Shown here piece after piece: positions 19,912-31,186 of a stretch of 64,000 nucleotides of DNA. A program made the translations under genes and the position numbers. This DNA is from Candidatus Eiseniibacteriota bacterium (GTDB taxonomy: Bacteria > Eisenbacteria > RBG-16-71-46 > CAVPCR01), in the NCBI GenBank assembly GCA_963823555.1, contig CAWGMA010000002.1, positions 576,001 through 640,000 on the forward strand, written 5' to 3'. Position 1 is the stretch's first letter, and every line of letters begins with the position of its first letter. The notes under the pieces are model-generated. The model worked only from the letters and a program-made list of their open reading frames with translations. It had not been told where the DNA came from and searched no databases.

Positions 19912-22900
19912 CTACTTGAGGAGCAGCATCCGCCGCGTGAGCGTCCGGCCGTCCGCATCGAGCCGGTAGAAGTAGAGGCCGCTCGCCACGGTGCGACCGC
20001 TCGAGTCGCGACCGTGCCAGATCACGTGATGGAGCCCGGCCGCCCATGGCCCGGAGGCGAGTGTCGCCACCCGCCGCCCGGAGACATCGAACACCGCGAG
20101 ATCGATCTCGCTCGCCTGCGGCAGCGCGAAGTCGATCCGGGTCGCCGGGTTGAAGGGGTTCGGCACGTTCGCGCCGAGCGCCACCTCCGCCGGCAACGGC
20201 GCGCCATCCGCGCCGACGCCGGTCGTCGAGCCGTAGCGGAACCTGAGGCACCACTCGTTGAGGGTGCCGGTGTCCACGCCGGCGAGATCGGCGACATGGA
20301 GCGACCACTCGCCGTCGGTCGGCTCGCCGATGAAGGCATCGAGGCTCTGCGCCGGGGCGACCTCCGTCGGATACCAGCAGTGGATGTTGTCGGTGGTGCC
20401 GCCCGACCGGTTGTGCAGCATGACGCTCGTCCCGCGCGGCGAGGTGAGCGTCACCTGGAGATCGCCGATGTAGGTGTGCGTGATGTCGAGATGGACCTCG
20501 AGCGCGGTGATGGTCCCGCCGATCGCCACCGGCATCCGGTCAATGACCCCCGTCGGGCTGTTGTCGGGAATCGGGAGATTGGGCTGCCGGCAGAGTGTCG
20601 TCTCGGTGACCGGCGTCAGCGTGAAGTCGACGCCTGTCATGTGCTGGCCCTCGGTGAGGGTCACCTCCTCGACCCCGGTCGACCAGCCGTCCTTGGTGGC
20701 GATGATCTGGTAGTCCCCGGCGAACAGCCCGGGCAGCGTGTACTCACCGCTCGTGCCGGTGACGACGAAGCCGCCGTTGGGAACGGCAGCCACCCGGACG
20801 CCGGAGTGATCGCTCTCGCCGTCGAGGGTCACCCTTCCCGCGACCGACGACGTGCCGGCCTCGGGGGTGATGAGCCAGAGGACCGCGTTCTCGATGAGCT
20901 GCGGCCGCACGTTCGCGTCCATCGCCCCGTAGTTGAAGGCGAAGAAGACGATCTGACCGCCCTCGGGGGCGGGGTTCGGATCGTAGGCGATGATCGAGGC
21001 GTCGCTCGGGTAAGTCGACCAGTTGCCGACCATCACCGCGTCCGGCGTCTGCACGAGCGCGTCCTCGTCGCCGTAGCCCACATAGTTCATGGTGATCGGC
21101 CCGGTGATCACGTTGGGTACGCTCACCACGCGATGCGCCGGCGTGGCCACGGTCACGTTGCCGCTCTGATCGTGGTTCCAGTCGCTGATGTGCAGCACGG
21201 TCGAGGCGAAGGCGGTGTTGCCGTAGTGGTCATAGCCGACCTCGCCGCCCTCGACGAGGAGATGGCCGCCGGCCGTGACGTAGTTCTGGAGTGCCGTGCG
21301 GAAGTTCGCATCGTTGAGGGTCGTGATGTTGCTTCCGCTACAGACGAGGAGGAGATCGTAGTCCGGCCAGGTCGCCGGGTTCGTCGTCCCCATCGTCTCC
21401 ACGGTCACGGCATAACCCAGGTCCTCGAGATCGGTCTGGACCTCGGCGACCGACTTGTCGTCCTCGAGGACGATCGAGCCCGCGGCGAGGATCTCCCCTG
21501 TCTTCTCCTCGACCTTGGCCGGCCGCTCTCCGGCCTTGGCTGTGTCATCGATGACGAGGAGATCGCCGGCTGTCGGGTCGAGCACGAAGTGCTTCTCGGT
21601 GACGGGCTCCTCGATCGTGATCGGGAGCGTCACCGGGATGTGGCGGAAGGCTCGCACCTTGACCACGTACTCGAAGTAGGGGACCGCCGGCGAGGTGTAG
21701 GCGCCGGTTCCGGGGTCGGTCGTGGTCTCGGCGATGAGCTCGTTGGTGTCGAAGCGGTAGAGCTTGACCGTGGCGGCGAGCGGCGCTCCGGTCCCGGTCT
21801 CGGTGACGGTGCCGGAGAGGACGCCCGAGGGCGCCGGGTCGAGCTCGATCGAGAGCACGTTGTCCCCATAATTGAGGAAGTAAGGCTCCTCCCAGTGCAG
21901 GTAGCCGAAGCGGTCCACCTTGATCGTGTACTGGTCGACGAGGATCGGATCCGGCATCGCGTAGTCGCCGCTCGCATTCGTCGTCGCCTGGAAGGCGAGC
22001 CCGCCGTCCATGTCATAGCCGCGGACGAGCGCCCCCGCGACCGGTGTGGCCCCGGAGCTCACGTTCCCGGCGAGCGTGCCGTAGGCCTCGATGATGGGGA
22101 AGGTCTCCTCGTGGAGGTCGTACCCCGAGATGGCGATGACGCCGCGCACCTCGCCCAGCTCGTGCGGTGTGAGCGTCAGGGTGGTGCCGCTCGTGCTCAC
22201 GCCGGGGTCGTCGTTGACGAAGGCCCACAGGGTGTGTCCGGGTTCGGAGACGTCCGCGTGCAGCACGCCCGGCAGGTTCAGCGGGAAGGCGTCATCGAGC
22301 CCGATCGACGTCGTCACGTAGAGATCGGGATCGGAGAGCGGGAGTGCGATCACCTCGAGGTCGACGCGGAAGAGCTCCCACGGATCTGCCGGATCCTTGC
22401 CCACGATGTCGAGGCTCGGACCGTACGGATAGTTGATCGTCACGACGCACTGCCCGCCGGCCCCGGTCACCGAGTGGGGCGTCGAGTAAGCGAGACCCTC
22501 CGCCCAGACCTCGATTCCCGGTCGGGCGTCGACGCCGTCCGCCTCGTAGACGCCGACCGTGACCGGGGTCGTCACGTTGGCCTCGATGACGCTCGGGTCG
22601 AGGGTCACCACCGCCGGTACGATGACGTTCAGGTCGGTGATGTAGGGCTCGCGGTTCTGCGCCATCACGACCAGGCGGGCCGACCCAGGTACCAGGAGCG
22701 AGCTCAGATGTGAGCGTCGACGCTCCCGCTCTCATCCGACCGTGCCGGCGCCGACGAGCTCGCCGTCCTGGGTCAGGCCGACGTAGCTTCCGGGTACCGC
22801 CGTCGACGTCGACCGACGTCGGTGTTGGTGAAGAGCGTCGCCGGATGGGCGACCGGGTTCGTCGCTCGGCACGCCGAGGTAGGTGCGAGAGGCTCGGATC

Positions 22901-24697
22901 GCCCATCAGGTTGTAGATGTTCCAGTAGTAGGTGGTCCGGCTCGATCCCGACTTCCATCACGGCGAGGTTGCCGCAGAAGATGAGGGCGTCGTTGGTCAC
23001 GTACCACTGCGTCATCGCCTCGCCGTGGTCGTGGAAGACGCCGTCGTAGGCGCCGAGTCCGCGGCCCTCGTAGGTCGGGATGCTCGACGATGCTGGCCGT
23101 AGCCGACGCCCCACCAGTAGTCCTCGTCCCAGTAGGTCGAGTTGCGAGCCGCCGATGTAGCCGATCGCGCCCTTGTTCGGCGCCCGGAGCCAGGTCTCGG
23201 CGAAGCACTCGCGCGCACCTCGTAGGAGCTCGTCAGGCAGCAGTTGCCGACGGCGAGGCAGTACTCGCCGGCGTTCTGCAGGCTGTTGACGTTGCGCCTG
23301 GGTGAAGGACGGGATCCGACCAGCGAGGTCTGGCTGCCGTGCGCCGTGTAGTTGACGTAGGCGACGCCGTCGCTCACGTTCTGGACGATGTGCGGCGGCC
23401 TGGCTCCCCGACTGCGGGTAGAGATAGGTGTGGCTGAAGATGCCGTGGGCGGCGTTGAAGTAGTAGGCTCGTCCCGTAGTTGATCTGGCCGTTGGCCCAG
23501 ACCTGACCGAAGCTGCCGTCCATGCCCGCGATCATCACCACCTCGCCCAGATAGCTCGGGATCGGGCATGGTGAACTGGTCGTACATGAGCGTCTTGTCG
23601 AGGATGGCCTGGAGCTGGGTCGGGTTCGTGGCCGAGAAGCGCCCGTAGTACATGTCGGGCACGAGGTCGCGCGTCGACGGCGCAGTAGGGCCGGTCGGTG
23701 GCGTCGCCGCTCGAGGGTGAAGGTCGGCATCTGCGTCGACGTCGCCGACGAAGAGGACGAAGCTCGGCGCCGGCAGCTCCGGGCGTGCGCGTTGTTGTAG
23801 AGCCCGTGCAGCCAGGTCTGGATCTGGTCGGTCGTCGTCCCCACCTCCGGCGTCCCGCGGCACGCCGACGATCACGTGGAAGCCGCGCTCGGTCTTCCAG
23901 TCGACGAAGTCCGGCGAGCTGTCGCCTCGAACTCGGGCGGCGTCACGATCACCATGGTGACGACATCGCGCACCCGGTCGGGGTAGCTGTCGTGGAGACC
24001 GCGGAACCCGGCCACCTGCCCGTAGACGGGCACGAAGAACGGGCTATAGGTGCGCGGCATAGAGCGGCATCGGTCGCGGCGAGATCGGCGTTCTCGAAGA
24101 CCACGCGGAACTCGATCTCCTCGGTGACGCGGATCTGGTTCGTCCGCGGGAAGTACTCGACCGGCGACACCTCCACCCGTCCCATGTCCAGTGCCACGCA
24201 GCCGTCCGCTGGGCACCACCGAGACCAGCTCCTGACCGGCGCGATCGACCTCGTAGCTCGCCGGCTCGTAGACGGAAGGGCCAGGTCGCCGGGTCCGCGT
24301 TCTTGGGCATGCTCTGCTGAGCCGGCATGAGCCGATGGCGGATGCCGTGGTCGGCGAGATCGATCGTTCGGCTCCGGCTCGAGAGGATCTCGATCCGGGT
24401 CCGCGCCCCGACCGGAATCGCGATCAGGCGGTTCATCATCGGGAGCTCGGGTGCTCCTACGGTCTTCGTGGCGTGGAAGCCAGGGATGAGAAGACGCGTG
24501 AAGTCGCCCGCGGGCGTGCCCACGTCGAGACCGCTGAGCTCGCCGACCGCCACGCGGAAGGTGAGCCCATCGCGGCCCTCGGCGACCGGAGTGAGCTCCG
24601 AGGTGCTGCCTGCCAGCGGGATCCGGTGCTCATCCGCGGCGGCAACACTCGTCGAGATGGCCATCAGGGTGAGGACGAGGAGAATGCGCAAGGTCAT
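19912..24697 (-). CDS. Large C25 (gingipain-like) cysteine peptidase: propeptide, catalytic domain, carboxypeptidase-like repeats, P-domain, FlgD-Ig; multiply frameshifted at 22.7-24.3 kb
   Basis: Signal MTLRILLVLTLMAISTSVAAA; propeptide 'GAPELPMMNRLIAIP'; 'PDMYYGRFSA', 'YVNYTAHGSQT' (His), 'AVGNCCLTS' (Cys), 'TYWDEDYWW'; P-domain 'ITHTYIGDLQVTLTSP.GT'; 'NVPNPFNP'. Confidence 0.85.
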
Positions 24698-24908
24698 GTC
24701 GAGCTCCCAGCGGCGCCGGGAACGCCTTGGCATGGAGGAACGGACGGGTGGGACGTGAGGACAACGCAAGGAATGGGCGCGGAAGCGTCTACGCGCCCGT
24801 CGAGCGGCCGCTGGCAGGTGAAGGCATGCACCTGCTCTTCTGCCCGTTTGGGGATGGGCGTGACCTCGCCGCGGGCGGCGAGGAGCGGGAGGAGAACCGC
24901 GTAACTCG

Positions 24909-24917
24909 ATGCTACCA
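24909..24917 (-). promoter_or_regulatory. Putative extended -10 promoter for the C25 gene
   Basis: TGgTAGCAT on the minus strand, about 210 nt upstream of the ATG. Confidence 0.35.
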
Positions 24918-24963
24918 GGCCCGGTGCCGATTGGCAAGGAGACCCGCATGTTGATCCGCCGTT

Positions 24964-24972
24964 TGCTAGACT
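24964..24972 (+). promoter_or_regulatory. Putative extended -10 promoter
   Basis: TGcTAGACT followed by GGAGG and ATG 24997. Confidence 0.45.
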
Positions 24973-24996
24973 GGCGCCACCTGGGAGGTGGATGTC

Positions 24997-25548
24997 ATGA
25001 GCAAGAAAATGAGCCAGCGGCCGCAAGCCAGCGAGTACCCGGCCTACTTCGAGCGCTATATCCGCCTCGTTCCCGAGGGCGACATTCTCGAGATCCTCTC
25101 CTCCCAGATGGAGGAGACGGCGACGATTCTCGGTGACCTGACCGAGGATCGCGCGCTATTCCGCTATGCACCGGGGAAGTGGAGCATCAAGGAAATCGTG
25201 GGCCACGTGATCGATTCGGAGCGGGTGTTCGCCTATCGCGCGCTCTGTTTCGCTCGCGGCGACCGGACAGCTCTTCCCGGGTTCGGGGAGGATGCCTACG
25301 TCACGGCCGGCCGCTTCGATGCTCGAGCGCTGGGTGATCTGGCCCGTGAGCTCCGCCTCGTGCGACAGGCCACGATCGCCCTGTTCGCCGGCCTCCATGA
25401 CGAAGCGCTGCCGCTCACCGGGCGGGCCAACGAGCGCGAACAGACCGTGCGGTCCCTCCCATGGATCATCGCCGGGCACGAGCTGCATCACATGGACGTG
25501 GTGCGGAAGCGCTACCTCTATACCGCCGAGGTTTCGGGCGGCGCCTAG
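24997..25548 (+). CDS. DinB family protein
   Basis: 'YAPGKWSIKEIVGHVIDSERVFAYRAL.FARGD...LPGF', 'IIAGHELHH'. Confidence 0.9.
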   Translation: MSKKMSQRPQASEYPAYFERYIRLVPEGDILEILSSQMEETATILGDLTEDRALFRYAPGKWSIKEIVGHVIDSERVFAYRALCFARGDRTALPGFGEDAYVTAGRFDARALGDLARELRLVRQATIALFAGLHDEALPLTGRANEREQTVRSLPWIIAGHELHHMDVVRKRYLYTAEVSGGA

Positions 25549-25551
25549 CTC

Positions 25552-26193
25552 TCAGCCGGGAAGTCGAGGTCGCAGCACCGCGAGGATCGCGGCCGCCGAT
25601 GCCGCGACCGGTTCCTCGCCGTCGACGATGAGCGTCGCATGTGCGCGCGTGGGAAGGACGTGACGCTCGTACATCGGTCGCACGTTACATTCCCACTGGC
25701 GGCGAATGGACTCCTCGGTGCGCCCGCGCTCGCGGACATCGCGCGCGAGACGGCGTGCGAGGCAGATCTCGTCTCCGGCGTCGACGAAGATGCGCTCCTC
25801 CAGGTGCGTCCGTAGCGTCTCCCAGTAGAAGGTGAACAGCCCCTCGACGATCACGAGCCCGCCCGGCGCCAGGGGAATCGTGTGCGGGGCGCGCGCGTGC
25901 ACGGGGAACTCGTAGATCGGCACCGCGATCGACTCGCCGCGCGCCAGGGCCGCGACATGCTGGAAGATGAGCTCATCGTCCAGGGCTTCGGGGACATCGA
26001 AGTTCCGCTCGCCGCGGCAACGGAGCTCGATCTCGGCCAGGTCTCGGTAGTACGAATCCAGGGAAAGAATCGCGGGCCGCGTCGTGCGCAGCTCGAGAGC
26101 GAGCGCTTTCGCGATCTCACCCTTGCCGGCGCAGGACGGGCCCGCGATTCCGATCAGACACGGTCTGTCCAGTCGCTGCCGCGAACTGGCCAT
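25552..26193 (-). CDS. udk: Uridine kinase
   Basis: 'IGIAGPSCAGKG', 'LDSYYRD', 'NFDVPEALD', 'IVEGLF', 'RRLARDVRERGRT', 'VRPMYERHVLPT'. Confidence 0.85.
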   Translation of the reverse strand: MASSRQRLDRPCLIGIAGPSCAGKGEIAKALALELRTTRPAILSLDSYYRDLAEIELRCRGERNFDVPEALDDELIFQHVAALARGESIAVPIYEFPVHARAPHTIPLAPGGLVIVEGLFTFYWETLRTHLEERIFVDAGDEICLARRLARDVRERGRTEESIRRQWECNVRPMYERHVLPTRAHATLIVDGEEPVAASAAAILAVLRPRLPG

Positions 26194-26208
26194 GAGCTAC
26201 GGCGGCGA

Positions 26209-26784
26209 TTACATGCCGAGCGTGGTCATGACCATGGCGGCGCCATCCTGGACCATCTTGCCCTTGGCCACGGCCTCCGCCATGCTGCCCGCGGCGGCCG
26301 CGCTGGAGGCCTCGGTCCAGGCCTGGTTCAAGCTCGCGACCTGAGCCGAGATCTCTTCCATCTTGGCGGCGTCAATGCCCTTGGGGAGCTTCTTGGTGGC
26401 GACGATCTTGTCGACCTGGCTCTGGATGCCGCTCATCGTGGCCGGCATCGCGGCGTTCATGTCCGCCCACGCCGCGGTCAGCTCCTGCTTCCTGGTCGTG
26501 AGCTCGGTCGCCATCTCCGGTGCGCGGGTGGCGATCTCCTGAGCCGCGGCCGCGGCCTCCTTGAAGTTGCCTGCCTCGAAGCTCGCCTTGGCGGCCGCGA
26601 GCGCATCCTGCGCCGCCTGGAACTCCTCGGGCATGTAGGCCATGGCGTCGGCCGACATGTCGTTGAGCGCCTTCTCGGCGTTCTGGATGGCAGTCTGGGC
26701 CAGCTGCTTGTCCTGGGCGCAGCCGGCGATGACGAAGAGCGAAAGGGCGACGAGAATCGCTGTCTTGAGCGAATTCCTGAACAT
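26209..26784 (-). CDS. Alanine-rich helical lipoprotein (DUF4398-like)
   Basis: Lipobox IAGC; 'A..YMPEEFQAAQDALAAAKA.F..G.F.EA'; GGAG upstream. Confidence 0.7.
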   Translation of the reverse strand: MFRNSLKTAILVALSLFVIAGCAQDKQLAQTAIQNAEKALNDMSADAMAYMPEEFQAAQDALAAAKASFEAGNFKEAAAAAQEIATRAPEMATELTTRKQELTAAWADMNAAMPATMSGIQSQVDKIVATKKLPKGIDAAKMEEISAQVASLNQAWTEASSAAAAGSMAEAVAKGKMVQDGAAMVMTTLGM

Positions 26785-27047
26785 TGCGGTCTCCGATTGA
26801 TCTGCCGCCTCGCGGCGGCCTGCGATCTGGATTGAGGGCCTTCGGTCCAGTAAACGGCGGCTCCGCTCCCGGATGGTCCGGGTGGAATCGATTGTCATGG
26901 TCCCGCCTGCTTACAAGGTCAAGCATGCTACATGAAATGCGGAAGCGCGGGGAAGAGACTGTGAATCGCGTGGCGCTCCCGCCGAGGGGAGCGAGCGAAC
27001 GCGGCCCGCCGAGTTCTCCGGAAAGACGCTATCTCTTTGTGTGTTAT

Positions 27048-27836
27048 CTAGTTAGATGAGGTTTCGAGCCATCCCGGCCGGCGCTTGGCGAGGAAGGCGC
27101 CGAGGCCTTCCTGTCCCTCGGGGGAGACCCGAACCCGGGCGATCGTCCTGGCCGCGTGCCGGGCGGCGGCATCCTGATCCGCCCCGTGCGCCAGCATGTC
27201 GCGGATGAGCGCCTTGGCCTCGGCCGCGGCGCGCGGGCCCGACTTCCGGATCTCGGTGACGATCTCCGCGACCCTGGAATCGAGCGCGGGTGCCGGGACG
27301 ATCTCGTGCACGAGGCCCATGGCGCGCGCCTGGGCGGCATCGAAGATCTCCCCGGTCACGAAGTAGCGGCGCGCGGCCGCCGGTCCGATCTTCGGCAGGA
27401 CGAAGGTCGAGATCACGGCGGGCACGATGCCGAGCCGCACCTCGGTGAATCCGAACTTGACGTCCGCGGCGGCGACAACGATGTCGCAGACGGCGATGAG
27501 CCCCATGGCGCCGCCGAGCGCTGCGCCCTCGACACGCCCGATGACGGGGCAGGGACAGCGGTCGATGGCGCGGAACATGCCGGCCATCGCCATCGCGTCG
27601 TGCTCGTTCTCGGCCGCGGTGTAGCCGGCCGACTTCCGCATCCAGTTGACATCGGCCCCGGCGCAGAAGACGCCGCCCGCCCCGGTCAGGACGACGGCGC
27701 GCACGTCCGCTCCGAGGGCGCCGAAGGCCTGCGTGAGCTCGGCGATCACCACCTCATTGAACGCGTTCCGCACCTCGGGGCGGTGGAGGCGCACGGTCGC
27801 TATGCCGTCGGTCTCGTCGATGCGTAGCGTTTCCAT
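27048..27836 (-). CDS. liuC: Enoyl-CoA hydratase family, probable methylglutaconyl-CoA hydratase
   Basis: 'RPEVRNAFN', 'FCAGADV.WM', 'ALGGAMGLIAVCD', 'FTEVRLGIVPAVIS'; adjacent to the MCC beta subunit. Confidence 0.8.
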   Translation of the reverse strand: METLRIDETDGIATVRLHRPEVRNAFNEVVIAELTQAFGALGADVRAVVLTGAGGVFCAGADVNWMRKSAGYTAAENEHDAMAMAGMFRAIDRCPCPVIGRVEGAALGGAMGLIAVCDIVVAAADVKFGFTEVRLGIVPAVISTFVLPKIGPAAARRYFVTGEIFDAAQARAMGLVHEIVPAPALDSRVAEIVTEIRKSGPRAAAEAKALIRDMLAHGADQDAAARHAARTIARVRVSPEGQEGLGAFLAKRRPGWLETSSN

Positions 27837-27869
27837 CGGGGCTGACCTCGGATTGCCGGAGCCTTGTGC

Positions 27870-29477
27870 CTACATGCGGTAGACGGGGGCGACGCTGGGC
27901 TCGACCGGCGCGTTCAGGCACGCGGAGAGAGCGAGGGCGACCGCCTCGCGGGTCTCGGCCGGGTCGATGATGCCGTCGTCCCAGAGGTACGCCGTGCCGA
28001 AGTACGGGCTGCCTTCCCGCTCGTACTTCTCGATGACGGGAGCGGCGATCTTCTCCGCCTCCTCGTGGGAGAGCGTCTTCCCTTCGCGCGCCAGCTGATC
28101 GCGCTTGACCTGCACGAGCACGCTCGATGCCTGCTCGGCGCCCATCACCGAGACCCGCGCGTTGGGCCAGGTGAAGAGGAAGCGCGGCCGGTAGCCGCGG
28201 CCGCACATGGCGTAGTTGCCGGCGCCGTGGGAGGCGCCGATGATGACGGTGATGCGCGGCACGGCGGCGGTGGCCACCGCCTGCACCATCTTGGCGCCGT
28301 CCTTGGCGATCCCACCCTGCTCGTAGCGCTTGCCGACCATGAAGCCGGTGATGTTCTGCAGGAAGAGGAGCGGGATCCGGCGCTGGCTGCAGAGCTCGAT
28401 GAAGTGCGTGCCCTTGAGCGCGCTCTCGGAGAAGAGGACGCCGTTGTTGGCGACGATCCCGACCGGATAGCCCATCCAGCGCGCGAACCCGGTGACGAGC
28501 GTCGGGCCGTAGCTCGCCTTGAACTCGTGGAAGCGGCTGCCGTCGACGAGGCGGGCGATGAGCTCGTGGACATCGTAGGGGTGGCGGGTGTCGGTGGGGA
28601 GGATGCCGTAGATCTCCTCGGGCGGGTAGAGCGGGTCCTCGGGCGGGGCGATGTCGAGATCGACCCGCTTCACCGTGTTCAGATTCTCGATCACATTGCG
28701 GCAGATGTGGATCGCTTCTTCCTCGTCGGCGGCAAGGTGATCGGTGACGCCCGAGATGCGCGAGTGCATCTCGCCGCCGCCGAGCTCCTCGGTCGTCACC
28801 TCCTCGCCGGTCGCCGCCTTGACGAGCGGCGGGCCGCCCAGATAGATCGTGCCCTGCCCCTTGACGATGATGTTCTCGTCGGACATCGCCGGCACGTAGG
28901 CGCCGCCGGCCGTGCACATGCCGAGGACGACCGAGACCTGCGGGATGTCGAGCGCCGACATCACCGCCTGGTTGTAGAAGATGCGCCCGAAGTGCTCCTT
29001 GTCGGGAAAGACCTCGGCCTGGAGCGGGAGGAAGACGCCCCCCGAATCGACGAGGTAGATCGTCGGCAGGCGGTTGTCGAGCGCGATCTCCTGGGCCCGG
29101 ATGTGCTTCTTGATGGTCTCGGGGAAGTAGGTGCCGCCCTTCACCGTGGCGTCGTTGGCAACGATCATGCACTCGCGCCCGGCAACGAGCCCGACCCCGG
29201 TGACGATCCCGGCCGCCGGCACCTCGCCCTTGTGAAGGCCATTGGCGGCGAGGGCCGAGAGCTCGAGGAACGGTGTTCCGGGATCGACGAGGCGCTCGAT
29301 CCGCTCGTGCGGCATGAGCTTGCCGCGCTTGCGGTGGAGGGCGACGGCGGTCTCGGGGCCGCCCTGGCGGGCCTTCGCGATCCGCTCGCGGAGCTCGGCA
29401 GCGAGTTTCCGGTGGTGATCGGTGCTCGCCTTGAACTCGGGCGAGCTGGTCGAGATGTGACTCTGTATTGTATCCAC
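27870..29477 (-). CDS. liuB: 3-methylcrotonoyl-CoA carboxylase beta (carboxyltransferase) subunit
   Basis: '[11 protein letters not shown]', 'LVDSGG', '[14 protein letters not shown]', '[13 protein letters not shown]', '[10 protein letters not shown]', 'LWDDGIIDP'. Confidence 0.93.
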   Translation of the reverse strand: MDTIQSHISTSSPEFKASTDHHRKLAAELRERIAKARQGGPETAVALHRKRGKLMPHERIERLVDPGTPFLELSALAANGLHKGEVPAAGIVTGVGLVAGRECMIVANDATVKGGTYFPETIKKHIRAQEIALDNRLPTIYLVDSGGVFLPLQAEVFPDKEHFGRIFYNQAVMSALDIPQVSVVLGMCTAGGAYVPAMSDENIIVKGQGTIYLGGPPLVKAATGEEVTTEELGGGEMHSRISGVTDHLAADEEEAIHICRNVIENLNTVKRVDLDIAPPEDPLYPPEEIYGILPTDTRHPYDVHELIARLVDGSRFHEFKASYGPTLVTGFARWMGYPVGIVANNGVLFSESALKGTHFIELCSQRRIPLLFLQNITGFMVGKRYEQGGIAKDGAKMVQAVATAAVPRITVIIGASHGAGNYAMCGRGYRPRFLFTWPNARVSVMGAEQASSVLVQVKRDQLAREGKTLSHEEAEKIAAPVIEKYEREGSPYFGTAYLWDDGIIDPAETREAVALALSACLNAPVEPSVAPVYRM

Positions 29478-29588
29478 GGCGCGTTCTTAGCAGAGGCGAG
29501 GGCGCGCGGCAACGGGGAAAGGCGGCGGGCCGGGCGTGGCGCTGGAATGGCTCGTCGCGCCGCTCCGGACAGCGGCGGGGAGATCGTC

Positions 29589-30263
29589 ATGAGATTAACG
29601 CGGAAATGCCGGCTGATCGTGCTGCTTGCCCTCGGTCTTCTTCAAGCGATGCCGGTCCTGGCGCAGGAGCACCAGCACCACCAGGAGGGCGGAGCGCCCG
29701 ATGATGGGGACGCATGCGAGCGCAACCGCTGGATGTGGCAGCTCCCGGAGCAGGTGATGGCGGCGATCGGCGTCGCGCCCGGCATGGTCGTCGCCGATGT
29801 CGGGGCGGGGACGGGGTACTTCACCTTCCGCCTGGCCGAGAAGGTGGGAGGGGATGGGCTCGTCTACGCCAACGAGATCGACGAGGAAGCGCTCGAGGTG
29901 ATTCGCGTGCGCGCGGAGAAGGAGAAGGTCGCCACCGTCCGTGTTGTCCTGGGTACGCCCGAGGATGCGGCGCTACCGGATTCCACCTTCGATCGCATTC
30001 TCCTCGTGAACGTCATCCATCTCGTCGAGAAGCCGGTGGAGTTCCTTGCCGGCTTGCGTCAGGACCTCAAGCCGGGGGGTCAGCTCGTGCTCGTCCAGTG
30101 GGACGCCCACAAGCTGGCCCGGGAGATGCCGGGGGCGCGTCCCGAAGGGGAGCTCGAGGAGTACCTGACCGCGGACACCCTCGCCGAGATGAAGGCGGCC
30201 GGCTTCGAGATCGCGGCGGTGCACGATTTCCTTCCGCTTCAGGAGGTCATCGTCGGGCGCTAG
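29589..30263 (+). CDS. Class I SAM-dependent methyltransferase with predicted signal peptide
   Basis: 'VVADVGAGTGYF', 'LKPGGQLVL'; N-terminal MRLTRKCRLIVLLALGLLQAMPVLAQ. Confidence 0.85.
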   Translation: MRLTRKCRLIVLLALGLLQAMPVLAQEHQHHQEGGAPDDGDACERNRWMWQLPEQVMAAIGVAPGMVVADVGAGTGYFTFRLAEKVGGDGLVYANEIDEEALEVIRVRAEKEKVATVRVVLGTPEDAALPDSTFDRILLVNVIHLVEKPVEFLAGLRQDLKPGGQLVLVQWDAHKLAREMPGARPEGELEEYLTADTLAEMKAAGFEIAAVHDFLPLQEVIVGR

Positions 30264-30267
30264 ACGG

Positions 30268-30276
30268 TGGTACAAT
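30268..30276 (+). promoter_or_regulatory. Putative extended -10 promoter
   Basis: TGgTACAAT upstream of ATG 30332. Confidence 0.45.
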
Positions 30277-30331
30277 CCGCGAGCGTCGTCCCCACGTCCG
30301 GCACTCCCCGTGCCAGAGAGGGCAATCCAAG

Positions 30332-31080
30332 ATGACCGGCCGTTCTCCCCGCCTCCCGGGCGCGCCTGCCGGCGCGGCCCGCCTTCTTGCGTTCGCGTGT
30401 CTCGCTCTCCTTGTTTCCGCTGAAACATCGGCCGAGGAGATCCTCTTCTCGCCGTCGCGTCAGGTCTATGCGGAGGGTGGCGGGCTCGTCGCCGTCGCCG
30501 ACATGAACTTCGACGGGGTGCTTCGGCCGGGGCGACGGCACCTTCGAGCCCGCGCGCATCTCCTACGGGGCGGGGGACGCGATCGGCGGCCTCGCCGCCG
30601 GCGACTTCGATGGCGATGGGATCACCGATCTCGTCGCCGGTTGCCTCAAGTCGGAGAGCAACTACGCCGCGATCCTTCGCGGCCGCTTCCGCTCTCCGAA
30701 CGCCGTCGAGATCTCGACCTTCCTCGCCGACCCGGTCCCCGAGGGCGTGCTCGTCACCTGGTCCACCGCCTTCGAGTCCGATCACGCCGGATTCCATGTG
30801 CATCGCTCGCCGCGCCGCGATGGCGAGCGGCGGCGCCTCACCACCAGCATGATCGCACCCGGTGGACCCTATCGCTTCCTCGATCCCAGCCCGCCCGCGA
30901 ACGCTGAGTCCTTCTACTGGCTCGAGGCGATCGATCTCCGCGGTGACACGGAGTGGTTCGGACCCGCGACCGCGAGCTGGACGGCGCCCGCCCGCGAGAG
31001 CCGGTTCATCGCGAGCGGACCGAACCCGTTCCGCGCCGATCGCGGTCCGGCCGAGATCCGGTTCGAGCTCGTGGCGGTTT
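30332..31080 (+). pseudogene. FG-GAP/VCBS-repeat secreted protein remnant; internal frame break and truncated FlgD module
   Basis: Signal peptide, then 'VADMNFDGVL'; jump to another frame 'GRGDGTF...GDFDGDGITDLV'; then 'VTWSTAFESDHAGFHVHR...YWLEAID'; 'GPNPFR...EIRFEL' breaks off without the rest of the module. Confidence 0.6.
30412..30427. repeat. Solo copy of the TGTTTCCGCTGAAACA palindrome
   Basis: Exact match to the 7902-array core; with the 3' flank TCGGCCG it matches the 38153 copy at 22 of 23 nt. Confidence 0.85.
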
Positions 31081-31186
31081 CAACGCAGCCCGGTAGCCTC
31101 CCGGAAGGCCCGCCCGGAGCCCACTTTCCCCGGCGGGCGCGACGTGGCACAATCGTCGCCCGCGTCTTTTCCAGTGGAGGTTCGCC

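Noticed and set aside
17728..22713. Long + strand ORFs (666 aa, 899 aa)
   Set aside because: Antisense shadows of the peptidase genes, expected at high GC
27864..30263. 799-aa + strand ORF
   Set aside because: Mostly the antisense shadow of liuB; only 29589-30263 is a credible gene
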